A stretch of DNA of 64,000 nt from Camelus dromedarius. Lineage: Eukaryota. The stretch spans positions 108,626,001-108,690,000 of the forward strand of contig NC_087436.1 of NCBI RefSeq assembly GCF_036321535.1, written 5' to 3'. Within the stretch, counting starts at the first letter, position 1, and every line of letters begins with the position of its first letter. The position numbers and the translations under genes are program-made. A model generated the notes under the pieces. The model did not search any database, had not been told where the DNA came from, and was given only the letters and a program-made list of their open reading frames with translations. Positions 38,740-49,528 of this stretch are shown piece after piece.

Positions 38740-41095
38740 TTGTGATTAAGTTATAATTGACAAAAGTGTAACATATTTAAAGTGTACATTGGGATGATTT
38801 GACATACATGTACATTGTGAAAGGATTTCCCCCTATAGTTCATTAACATATGTCCATCACCTCACAAATTTATCTTTTTTCTTTTTTTGAGAACATTTAA
38901 GTTCTATTCTCTTTGAAAATTTCAATTATACAATATAGTGATATTGCATATAGTCACCATGTTATACATTAGATCATCAGACTTTATTCATCTTTTAGCT
39001 GAAAGTTTTTACATTTTTACCAACCCTTCCCTATTTCCTCCATCCCTAGCCCCTTGCAAACACTTTTCTACTGTTTCTATGAATTTGACTCTTTTTAAAG
39101 ATCCCTTGTGTAAGCAATACCATGCAGTATTGTCTTTCTGTCTAGCTTATTTCACTTAGCGTAACACCTTCAAGTCCATCCATGTTTCCGCAAGAGGCAG
39201 AATTTTCTTCTTTGTAATAAATAGCTAAGTAAGATTCCATTGTGTGTGTGTGTCTAAATATATATATATATATATATGAACATGGCAGTGCAAATATCTC
39301 TTTGATAGCCTGTTTTCATTTCTTTTGATAAATACCCAGAAGTAGGATTGCTTCTCTGCACTGCTTTCCATAGTTGGTTGCACCAATGTACAACCCCACC
39401 AACAATACACAAGATTTTGCTTTTCTCCACATCCTCACCAACACTTTTTATCTCTTGTCTTTTTGATGATAACCATTCTAACAGGCATGAGGTGAATCTC
39501 ACTGTAGTTGTGATTTTCATTTCCATGGTGATTAGTGATGTTAAGCACCTTTCCATGTGCCTTTTAGCCATCTGTATATCATCTTTGGAAAAATGTCTGT
39601 TTGGTTTGTCTACTCAATTTTTAATCAGAATGTTTGACTTTTTTGACTATATAGTTTGGATATTAACTTCTTACCAGATATACAGTTTGCAAATATTTTC
39701 TCTTACTCCATAGGTTGCCTTTTCATTTTGTTGATGGTTTCCTTTGCTGTGCAAAAGCTTTTAACTTTGATGTAGTCCCACTTGTTCATTTTTGCTTTTG
39801 TTGCCTTTGATTTTGTTTTTGAATCAAAAGAATTATCGCCAAGACTGATGTCAAGGAGCTTACTCCTTATGTTTTCTTCAAGAGGTTTTACAGTTGCAGA
39901 TTTTAAATTTAAGTCTTTGATCAACTTTGAGTTGATTTTTTATATGATGTGAAATAGGGGTCCAGTTTCAATCTTTTACATGTGGCTGTCCAATTTTCCT
40001 GGCATCATTTATTGAAGAGGCTGTCCTTTCCCTGTGTATATTCTTGGCTTCTTGGTCAAAAATTAATTGACCATATATGCATGAGTTTATTTCTAGGCTA
40101 TGTATTCTGTTCATTGATTTATGTGTCTGTTCCTAATCTTAGAAGAAATGCTTTCAGCTTTTCACCATTGAGCACGGTGTTATCTGTGAGCTTGTCATGT
40201 ATGAGCTCTGTTACGTTGAGGAGCACTCTGTTTATACTCACTTAGTTGAGTTTTTATCATGAGTGGATGTTGAATTTTGTCAAATGCTTTTTCTGCTTCT
40301 ATTGCAATGGTCATGTGATTTTCTTCTTTCATTTTCTTTATTTAGTGTATCACATTAATTGATTTGTGGATGTTCAACAATTCTTTTATCCCTGGAATAA
40401 ATCCCTTGATAATGGTGTATGATCTTTTCAATGTACTGTTGAATTCAGTTTGCTAATACTATGTTGAGGACTGTTGAATCAATGTTCATTAGGAATAATG
40501 GCTGATGATTTTATTTTTTTGTAGTGCCCTTGTCTAGTTTTGGTAACAGGGAAATGCCAGCCTCATAAGATGAGTTTGGAAATATTCCCTCCTCTTCTAT
40601 TTTTTGGGGAAGAATTTGAGAAAAATTGGTATTAATTCTTTAAATGTTTGGTAGAATTCACCAATGAAGCCATCTGGTTTTGTACTTTCTTTGTTGGGAG
40701 GTTTTTGATTAAATCTCAGTAATGGTCTGTTCAGATTTTCTATTTCTTCATGATGTAGTCTTAGAGATTGTATATTTCTAGGAATTTATCCATTTCTTCT
40801 AAATTTTCTAATTTGTTGATGTATAATTTCTTAAAACAATCTCTAATAATCCTTTGTATGTCTGTGGTATCAGTTACATTGTCTCCTCTTTCATTCATAA
40901 TTCCATTTGAATTTTCTCTTTTTTTGATTTTTGTCTAAGGTTTTGTCTGTTTTGTTTATCTTTTCAAAAAACCACCTCTTAATTTTGCTGATCTTTTCTA
41001 TTCTTTTAGTCTCCATTTTCTTTATTTCTGCTCTGATCTTTATTGTTTTCTTCCTCCTAATAATTTTGGGCTTAGTTTTCTTCTTCTTTTTTTTC
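38740..41095 (-). mobile_element. L1 (L1MA-type 3' end) with decayed ORF2, internally deleted near 40130
   Basis: 3' UTR at 38740-39230. Track ORFs [22 protein letters not shown] and IKDLNLKSATVKPLEENI...KMNKWDYIKVKSFCTAKETINKMKRQP are L1 ORF2p. Confidence 0.9.
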
Positions 41096-41099
41096 TATT

Positions 41100-41530
41100 C
41101 TCTATGATTTCAATCTTTTTAAATGTATTGAGTTTTTAATGGTCTCATCTGTAGTCTGTTTTGGAGACTGTTTCATGTGTACCCAGTGTGTATTCTGCAG
41201 CGTTTGGTAGGATGCTCTATAGATGTCCATTAGGTCTAACTGACTAATAGCATTCAGGCCTTCATTTTCCTTGTTGATCTTCTGGCTAGTTTTTCTGTGC
41301 ATTATTTAAAGTGATATATTGAATTCACCAACTATTTTCATTGGGTAGGTATTAAAAAAAGATTTAAAAATTTATTTCACCAATCTCTACCTTTTGTTTG
41401 TGGTGTTAAAACTATTTACATATAATGTAATCTGAATTACTGGTAAGGTGTGAATTAAGTCTGCCATTTTGATATTTGTTTTCTATATATCTTATGTCTC
41501 TTTGTTCCTCTGTCCTTCAATTACTGCTTT
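41100..41530 (-). mobile_element. L1 ORF2 endonuclease-region fragment plus upstream spacer
   Basis: Track ORF HRKTSQKINKENEGLNAISQLDLMDIYR matches the L1 EN segment (R...QKINK....LN....DL.DIYR). Confidence 0.75.
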
Positions 41531-41544
41531 AGTTACGGTAATGA

Positions 41545-41900
41545 GTATTAGGCAGAATAATGAGCCCTCGAAGATATGTAAGTTCTAATCCCCTGAAATC
41601 TTTGCCATACTAACTTACATGATAAAAGGCACTATGCAGTTATGATTAAAGTTAACTTGTGAATAATGAAATGGACATTTAACTGTGGAAATTTCCAAGC
41701 AAAATGTTGAAGGTACAGTCTGGCATCTGCTTGCTGCTTATAGTAAAATATGAGGAAGAAATAAATTGTTAGACAAAAAGGAAACAAGCCTTGATGGCTT
41801 AGGAAATTCTCAACATATTGAGGTTGCAAAAAATTCTAAAATTAATAATTTACTGTTAGAAAAGCTCTAGAGAAAAAGTCAAGTGTGTGGCTGTATAATT
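41545..41900 (+). mobile_element. MaLR fragment: LTR 5' part joined to internal-like sequence
   Basis: ggcagaataatg...aagatatgtaagttctaatcccctgaa (MLT1 LTR start), followed by aatgttgaaggtacagtctggc..tgctgcttatagtaaaat (MaLR internal-like). Confidence 0.55.
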
Positions 41901-41984
41901 TTTTTTTTTGCTAATATCTTATATTTTAGAATGATCTAAACCTTTTTTCTTTGCATGTCTTTTGGTCTTTTGTTAGCAACAATA

Positions 41985-42970
41985 TATTTTCAATCATATA
42001 ATATGGCAACTTCGGAAAACTAGGTTTTTTGTTGTTGTTCTTTAATGACTATCTTCAATTTATAAAGTCTGTATTTTCCATCATTTATGGCCATGTAAGT
42101 TTCTGCTTGGTTAGGTTAGTGGTCATCTAATGATTATAAGGACATTTGCTTAAATTCTTGGAACCAAAAAGTGCCCCAGACTGAACCAAAGGTCTATGCG
42201 TACATTCTGGGTCATTCCTGTATAACTCAAGCAAGTAGTTTACAATGCTGCCTTAACCGTCACTTCCTGTTTGTCTAGAAATTCAGAGTCAGCCAGAAGT
42301 GAGATTTTGGTCCTTCTCAGGCCTTTCCTTGACATGTACGTAGTCCTTGACATGTGATTGGACTTTTATATTCCCAGAAATATGTCAGAGCTTCCCAAAG
42401 CCCCCAGTGGACATATTCCCCAGATTTTCTTATTCTTTTGTTCAGCTTCTTGTTTCCCCAATTCTTATTGCTTCCTTAGGCAGCTTTGCTATTAAACAAC
42501 TGCCACTAATTGTTTCTGAACAATCAATACTCCTAGAGAAAATATTGTTTGCTCTGAGCAGTTCTGAATGCAGTCAAATAATGGCATATGCTGGTAATGC
42601 AACTTTCCAGGGATGGCCAGAAAAGTCAAATAGTGACAATTCTGAAAATACTGCTTTTGGAGGGGTTCCAAACAAGTTTTTCCCCTCCAGTGACTGAGAG
42701 GCTGCTGGCTTTCACTGTGTTTGCAGAACTGGTGGTTTTCAAGGCTGCCACCATGCTGGGAAGAAGGGGGATGGGAGAATTTAAAAGATCCACCAAGTCA
42801 AAATGCCACAAGACTCACTGTTGTTATTGAAATTCAGCTGTTCTTCTTGAATAAATATTCCTTGAATTGTTGCAAGCCCTTAGATATTTTCAGAGTTATG
42901 AAAAATTTGACACTTTCTGACATTGTTCTTATTGTTCTTAAGGAGAAATAAATTTTTGGAGGTACTTATT
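41985..42970 (-). mobile_element. Ancient L1 5' UTR (L1MC/MD-type)
   Basis: ggtggttttcaaggctgccaccatgctgg...aaaatgccacaag...attcagctgttcttcttgaataaat...ttgttgcaagcc...tttttggaggtacttatt. Confidence 0.65.
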
Positions 42971-43245
42971 TTCTTCTTTTTATAGCTCCTTGAGGTATAA
43001 AGTTAGATTGTTGATAGAATTGCTTTTGCTTCATTTCATAAGTTTCAGTATTTTGTATTTCTATTTTTATTTGTCTCAAGATATATATTTGACTTCTAAA
43101 TTTTTGTTTGACCCACTGGTTGTTCAGGAGCATGTTGTTTCATCTCCACATAGTTGTGAATTTTTCAGTTTTCTTCTTGTAATTGATATGTAGGTTGTGG
43201 TCAGAAAAGATGCTATATAATTTCAATTTTCTCAAACTTATAGTA
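42971..43245 (-). mobile_element. L1 ORF2 fragment (EN/linker), apparent continuation of the 38740-41095 element
   Basis: tccttgaggtataaagttagattgttg...gacccactggttgttcaggagcatgttgttt. The track ORF contains SIFSDHN...NYKKKTEKFTTMWR (EN C-terminal SDH motif). Confidence 0.75.
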
Positions 43246-44202
43246 TCTACTTTTATTAATTGTTTGTCTGCATGCACCAAATCTTTAGTTATTACCCTGA
43301 AATAGGTGTAAGGCCAATTATTTAAGGATGAATTTTGCTGCAAAGAGCATTAAAAAAAGATTTTTTTTTGGAAATATACATAAAACTGTTCAGAATTTGA
43401 TTGAAGCTTGTTTTTAGAAGAGATTTACAAAATATTCAGATTCTTCTGTAGAATATTAAACATAGATTTTCTAGAAAGATAAAATGTTTAACAGTCTTTC
43501 ATCATTGATGCTAAGGGCAAATGAAACCTCTTATTTTGAGTGAAGGGAATATGCTGTATATGTGCCTTTGGTTTTCTATTTTCTTGGACACTTTGCCTTA
43601 TTAGATAAACTCACCAAACTTTGATTACAATTTGGTTCTCAAGCTATCTTTTACTCTGCAAAGCATTTTAGAGAGGTGTTGATTACAGCAAGTGTTCTCA
43701 AACTTCAAGACTCGAGGCATCATTTCAGGATGACAGTGTTCACTATAATCATCATTTTCCCTAGCTCATGAACAGAAAAAAAAATAATGATATGAACTTA
43801 CAATGTTCTAGGGCTGTGACAAAAGGAACACAATTCAGGGGTTAACTCATGCCACATTGGGGAGCACTGGAATGGTTACTATGGAAATACTTTTACCATG
43901 TAGAGCTACCTGCAGGTTACTAGATACTGTAAAATACCTGGGCCCTTCCAGACTACACTGGTTGGAATGATCTTACATGATAAAGAATTATTGTCCGCAG
44001 CTTTGACATGGTGCTCTTTTACTGCATCCTACGATTCTGTGCCTGCATTTATTATGTTGTTTTGCATTGGTTGGTTTCCATATCAGTTTTCCCTACTGAA
44101 TTGTGAAATCCTATGTTTTATTGATTTTCCTGTCACGAACATGCATCCGTTACATAACATGTATGAGAATGTATTCAGTGTTTTACCAAATGAATTATGT
44201 AA

Positions 44203-44260
44203 GAAAGAGAGGAAGGAAGGAAGGAAGGAAGGAAAGAAGGAAGGAGGGAGGGAGGGAAGA
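44203..44260. repeat. (GGAA)n/(GGAG)n purine microsatellite
   Basis: gaaagagaggaaggaaggaaggaaggaaggaaagaaggaaggagggagggagggaaga. Confidence 0.9.
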
Positions 44261-44299
44261 GAGACACCTCCAGCCATCTCACTAGTTCCTGTCTGGGAA

Positions 44300-44960
44300 T
44301 TATGTGTACTTTCTGCTCCTGTCTTGCAGTGTGCCTGGAGGCATATTACCACATAAGGCTTATGCTACAGTGGAGTAAATCATTAGAAGGACAAGTGGAA
44401 GCCTTGTGGACAATTTTAAGGACTTTGGCTGAGTAACTGAAATTGGAGGCTCTTGCATGGTTTTAAAGAGATAAGTGACAGAATCTGATTCCATGTTAGA
44501 AGGCTTACCCTGCTGCTTTGAAAACAGAATGTGGGGAAGCAAGGACAGAAGCCAGTAGACCTATTAGAAAGCTATTGCAGGAATATGGGCTGGAGAAGAT
44601 GGCATCTCTGATCAGAGTGGCAGCAGTGGAGGTGGTGACAGTGGTAAAACTCTGACCTGAAGGTAGAGACGTCTGGGTTCCTGATGGAGGACTCCAGTGT
44701 TGCAGACTTGAATGACTGAAAGCATGGTATTTTCATTAATGGACATAGAATCTTATGAGTAGAGCTGGTGAGGAGGGAGGTCAGGAATTCAGTTCAGCAC
44801 ATGTTAATTATGAGATGTCTATTAGACATCCAGGTGGGGATGTCAATGGTCAATTAGTTATGAATCTGGAGTTTAAGAGGTTCAGGCTAGAAATATAAAT
44901 TGTGAGTCATGGATATATATGCAAATTATTTTAAGCCATACGATTGGAGATAATCAAAAG
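44300..44960 (-). mobile_element. L2 LINE fragment
   Basis: aggctcttgcatggttttaaagagataagtgacagaatctgatt...tcaggaattcagttcagcacatgttaattatgagatgtctattagacatccaggtggggatgtc. Confidence 0.8.
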
Positions 44961-47149
44961 GAATAAGTATATATAAAGGCCTGAGGTCTGATACACTCCA
45001 ACAGAATTAGAATAGTGGTCCATTCTATCTTAAGTTAAACTTTTCTCCACTTTTGTTCTTCAAAGGAGAAGCTGGATTTATTAAGAAAAAATTTCCCATG
45101 CAATTAAAACAAAAGAGTAATGGGGTCTTATTTGGTACTGGAATGATTTGGCGCCAAATTCAAGAAGATTAGAGCTCAAAATGATGAAGGAGCCTGTCTG
45201 AAATAGCAGCACAACTGTCAAAACCAACTCTGAATAAATGTGACTGTATCAACAGGACAATTTTTTTTAAAAGTCTATCCTACACACCAACACTCTTCCA
45301 ATTAAAGCAGGTCTTTGGCATACCATCCCCATTACTGGAAATTATCTTGGTGCCCCTTACTGCCCACAAGCCAGTGATTCCTGTATTAACTTGTTACCAT
45401 AACCAATTGCCACCAACTCCTCCCACTGTCTGTTCTAGGACTAGTTCCTCCCATTGGTTGACTCCAACTAGAAACCAGAAGACAACGCAGCCTAACAGAA
45501 GCAATATACAGAAGTCAGGTCTCCTCCTTCCATGTTCCTATAACAACTTTTTCCTTTATAGCACCCTTTATAATTGTAATTTGTTTTTATTTTCAGGAAT
45601 ATTAGATTAGTATTTTTCTCTTTCTCTTAGAATCTACATCACATGATGTCAAAGATTGTGCCAGTGTTGCTTACGATTGTATCACCCAACTCTGCCCTAA
45701 GCCTGGCATATTGAAGGTGCTCAATAAATAGTTATGAAATATTTCGAAGGAAAAAAAGTCAATCAATCAGTACTTTTTTCAGTTTACCCTCCCCCTCAGT
45801 TGTTCTCACTCCATGCACTATACTGGTATCCACTTGGCTTCTGGCAGCAGTCCTGTCTCTGTCTCTCTCAGTCCGTTGCTAAATGCTTGACTTACGAACA
45901 AAACTTGACTCCAACTGCTTTGACACTTGGCCCATCCTAGGACAAAATTTCCAACTCCTCTGGCCACTCACTTCTGCCTTCACCTCCTAAGTTCTGACCA
46001 CCAAGGCAGACACCAGAGATGCACCTGCCTCCTCTCTATGGGGATCAGATAAACCCTACAAATGATGAATTTTGACAATTGACAGCATTTTAAATGATGG
46101 TGACTATATGACATTAACATGCTAAATTCTCATACTTTTCTTTCCATAGGAAGTTGTCCATAATCATAACTCGAAATAAAAGCTCTTTTGGCTTTTCCAG
46201 TAGGTCTTGTCTCAGGCTCTACGTGATCCTGTCTCACGTTTCATTCTATTTTAGGGTAGTTCACTGAGCTCTGAATATTTAAGAAAATAATATTTCATAT
46301 GCAGAGTCATCACTTTTCTTTTTACTCTTAAAATTTTGAAAAAAAAGAATAAAAAGGTCCCATGAAGGATGTGTCATTTTAAGAAAATAACACACTTACT
46401 GGATCCAGAAATATATTTTCTAAGATTTGAAGTAAAATGTTTTTATCAGGGTAAAATCAATAACAATAGAATCTCATTGTAAAAACCAAAAGTGCACTCC
46501 TGAATTAAGTATCTTGACATTCACTAAATGCCAGCAGTAAGGTTGAAATTTTGAAGGGCCCATTAAAGAAAACTTTCCACTCAGCCTAAGTATGGCCAAT
46601 TAGTACTGATAATAATGGACTTACTGTTTGATATTTAGTGAAAACTTTAGAAAAGGTATCAATACAAAGGGCTTTCTTTGGAAGTATATGCAGATGAAAA
46701 TGCAAGCTTTAAAAATCCTACTGTAAACTCTACTGTCAGGCTTAATCAGATATTTTAGTTGTCAGAGAATGACTATACATGCTATTTCATGGTTTGCCAA
46801 TTTCCCGAGAATAAAATGACTTAACAAAAACATGGTACTGAATATAATTCAGTGTTCAGAAGAAAACTCAAAATCATGCCTAGCTCTCATATCAACCTAA
46901 TCAGCAGTAATCATCTTGCCAGAGAATTTGTTAAGGAGAGGACTGTTGATGAGTGGTACCAATTGATATTGAAAGACTCATTACACCAGCTAATGATGTT
47001 ACAGGGAAAAAAAACAGTAACTTACTTGATTTCAAACCATATTAAATTGAAAAAAAAATGTAGGTATGATTTTATCAGCAAAATAAATTAAATCTTATCA
47101 GTAAAATAAATGAATTAAAAGTGGAAAACAGAAATCATGATATACAATT

Positions 47150-47430
47150 GCACTTACTTGCTCAATCCTGAGGTAACGCTGTTTAACTAAGGAAATCATC
47201 GGACTGCTTTGTAAAGAGGCTGCATGATTTTACCTTCTACCGTCACTGAATGAAGGTTCCAATTTCTCCACGTCCTCACCAGAACTTATTCTTATCTGTC
47301 TTTACGATTATAGCCATACTAGTGGGTGTGAAACAGTATTTTACTGTGATTTTGATTATCATTTCCTTAGACTTAAAAATGTTGAGCTTCTTTTCATATG
47401 CTTGTTGGTCATTTGACTAGCATCTGGAGA
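47150..47430 (-). mobile_element. Old L1 ORF2 3' fragment
   Basis: ggttccaatttctccacgtcctcaccagaacttatt...ttatagccatactagtgggtgtgaaacagtat...gttgagcttcttttcatatgcttgttggtcattt. Confidence 0.8.
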
Positions 47431-47639
47431 GGCAAACAAAATTCTCTGTGCACTCTGAATATTATGTCCTTTTGGGTGGGTCAGTCATGAATAGTTTGGA
47501 AATCTGGAGTGCAGTGGGGGCCTGTCACCCTACAGACAGAAGAGAGAGCATCATTCCAAATATGCTGTGGTTCAGATTGAGTGTGTATGTTGATAAAAAG
47601 GCTTAGCGCATCACTCTCTTTGTCACTTTCTTAATTAAT

Positions 47640-47781
47640 GTGTGTTGGTGGCATAAGCCAGTGACTTTTTTATATTATTGTACTTAATTTGAGCAAAACC
47701 ATATGGTAAATATTATCTCTTCCTATTTTTCAACGTAAGGCTCAGAGGAGTCAAGTGATGGGCTCAGAGTTATTGGCTAGT
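47640..47781 (-). mobile_element. MIR SINE, left part (continues at ~51047-51095)
   Basis: aggctcagaggagtcaagtgatgggctcagagttattggctag resumes as taattcataaactcaacccagc after the nested insertions. Confidence 0.6.
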
Positions 47782-47786
47782 GTTAT
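47771..47786. repeat. Target-site duplication of the young L1 derivative (left copy)
   Basis: tattggctagtgttat, identical at 50657-50672. Confidence 0.95.
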
Positions 47787-48081
47787 TTTTTTTAACATTT
47801 TTTTATTGAGTAATAGTCATTTTACAATGCTGTGTCAAATTCCAGTGTAGAGCACAATTTTTCAGTTGTACATGAATATACATATATTCATTGTCACATT
47901 TTTTTTTGCTGTCAGCTACCACAATATCTTGTATATATTTCTCTGTGCTATGCAATATAATCCTGTTTATCGATTCTACATTTTAAAATCCTAGTCTGTC
48001 CCTTCCCACACCTCGCCCCCTTGGCAACCACAAGTTTGTGTTCTATGTCTATGAATCTGTTTCTGGTTTGTTTTTTTTTTT

Positions 48082-48479
48082 TTAGATTCCACATATGAGT
48101 GATCGCATATGGTATTTTTCTTTCTCTTTCTGGCTTACTTCACTCAGAATGACGTTCTCCAGGAGCATCCATGTTGCTGCAAATGGCATTATGTTGTCAG
48201 TTTTTGTGGCCGAATAGTATTCCATTGTATAAATATACCACGTCTTCTTTATCCAGTCATCTGTTGATGGACATTTAGGCTGTTTCCATGTCTTGGCTAT
48301 TGTAAATAGTGCTGCTATGAACATTGGGGTGCAGGTGTCATTTTGAAGTAGGGTTCCTTCTGGATATATGCCCAGGAGTGGAATTCCTGGGTCATATGGT
48401 AAGTCTATTCCTAGTCTTTTTTTATTTTTTTTTTATTCCTAGTCTTTTTGAGGAATCTCCATACTGTTTTCCACAGTGG
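48082..48479 (-). pseudogene. L1 ORF2 C-terminal remnant (~122 codons), interrupted by a ~29-nt insertion
   Basis: Reconstructs as PLWKTVWRFLKRLGIDLPYDPGIPLLGIYP...MFIAALFTIAKTWKQPKCPSTDDWIKK...SEVSQKEKEKYHMRSLICGI*. Confidence 0.92.
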
Positions 48480-48619
48480 CTTTCCTTGCTTCCCTCTCCC
48501 ACTCTTAATGATTTAGATGTCTTCTTTTACAATTTTGTGTTTATCCTATTTGTAATTCATGGTAGTTATCACCTTCCCAGTTATGGGTTTCTCATTTTTG
48601 TAGCATCTTACTTTTCTGT

Positions 48620-49528
48620 TTAGTGTAGAGCTGTCAATATTTCTTTTAGCATGGGTTTAGTGTTGCTAAACTCTTTTAACTAAAAGTTTTTGCTTGTCTG
48701 TGAAGTTCTTTATCTCTCCTTCTAGTCTAAAGGATAGCCTTGCTGGATAGAGTATCCTAGGCTGCATCTTTTTTTCATTGAGGACTTTGAATATATCTTG
48801 CCACCCCCTTCTGGCCTGTAGCGTTTGTGTAGAGAAATCAGCTGAGAGCCTTATGGGGGTTCCCTTGTAACTCACTCTTTGTTTTTCTCTTGCTGCCTTT
48901 AGGATCATTTCTTTATCCTTGACTCTGGCCATCTTGATTATGATATGTCTTGGTGTGGGTCTGTTTGGGTTCTTCCTGTTTGGGACCCTCTGACCCTCCT
49001 GTACTTGGATGTCTGATTCCTTCTTTAGGTTTGGGAAGTTTTCAGTCATGATTTCTTCAAATACCTTTTCAATCCCCTTTGTTCTTTCTTCCCCTTTTGG
49101 AACCCCTATTATGCATAGATTGGCACCCTTTATATTATCCCATAGGTCCCTTATATTGTTTTCATTGTTTTTTATTTGTTTTTCTCTCAGCTGTTCTGAT
49201 TGGGTGCTTTCTGTTGTCCTGTCATCTAGGTCACTTATTCGTTCTTCTGCATTATCTAGCCTGCTTTGTACAGCCTTTAGGTCAGCTCTCATCTCAGTCA
49301 ATGAGTTTACTAATTCTACTTGGTTCTTCTTTACAGCTTCTGTTTCATTTTTGACATATTTTATATCTCTAAACACTATTTCTTTTAGTTCCTTCAGTAC
49401 TTTGATCAGTCCTTTTTTGAAATCTTGATCTAGTAGCCCATCAATCTTATTTCCTTGATTGTGCTTTCCAGGGATTTTTCTTGATCTTTTAATTGGGAGT
49501 GGTTCCTCTGATTCTTCATATTGCTCAT
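48620..49528 (-). pseudogene. L1 ORF1p (coiled coil-RRM-CTD), ~300 aa when repaired, with two frameshifts
   Basis: Native start MSNMKNQRNHSQLKDQEKS at 49528. The body carries EERISDLDDR...NIRDLWDNIK.ANL.IIGVP...NFPNL...RPTPRHIIIKM...PIRLSADFS...PRILYPARLSF. The native end LKEFSNTKPMLKEILTALH* (stop at 48620-48622) lies in another frame. Confidence 0.92.

Noticed and set aside
46852..47091. 79-aa ORF considered as a transposase or exon remnant
   Set aside because: No motif recognised, GTG start and no convincing splice sites.
49009..49428. 139-aa plus-strand Ser/Phe-rich ORF
   Set aside because: It is the antisense shadow of A-rich L1 ORF1, with no independent coding evidence.
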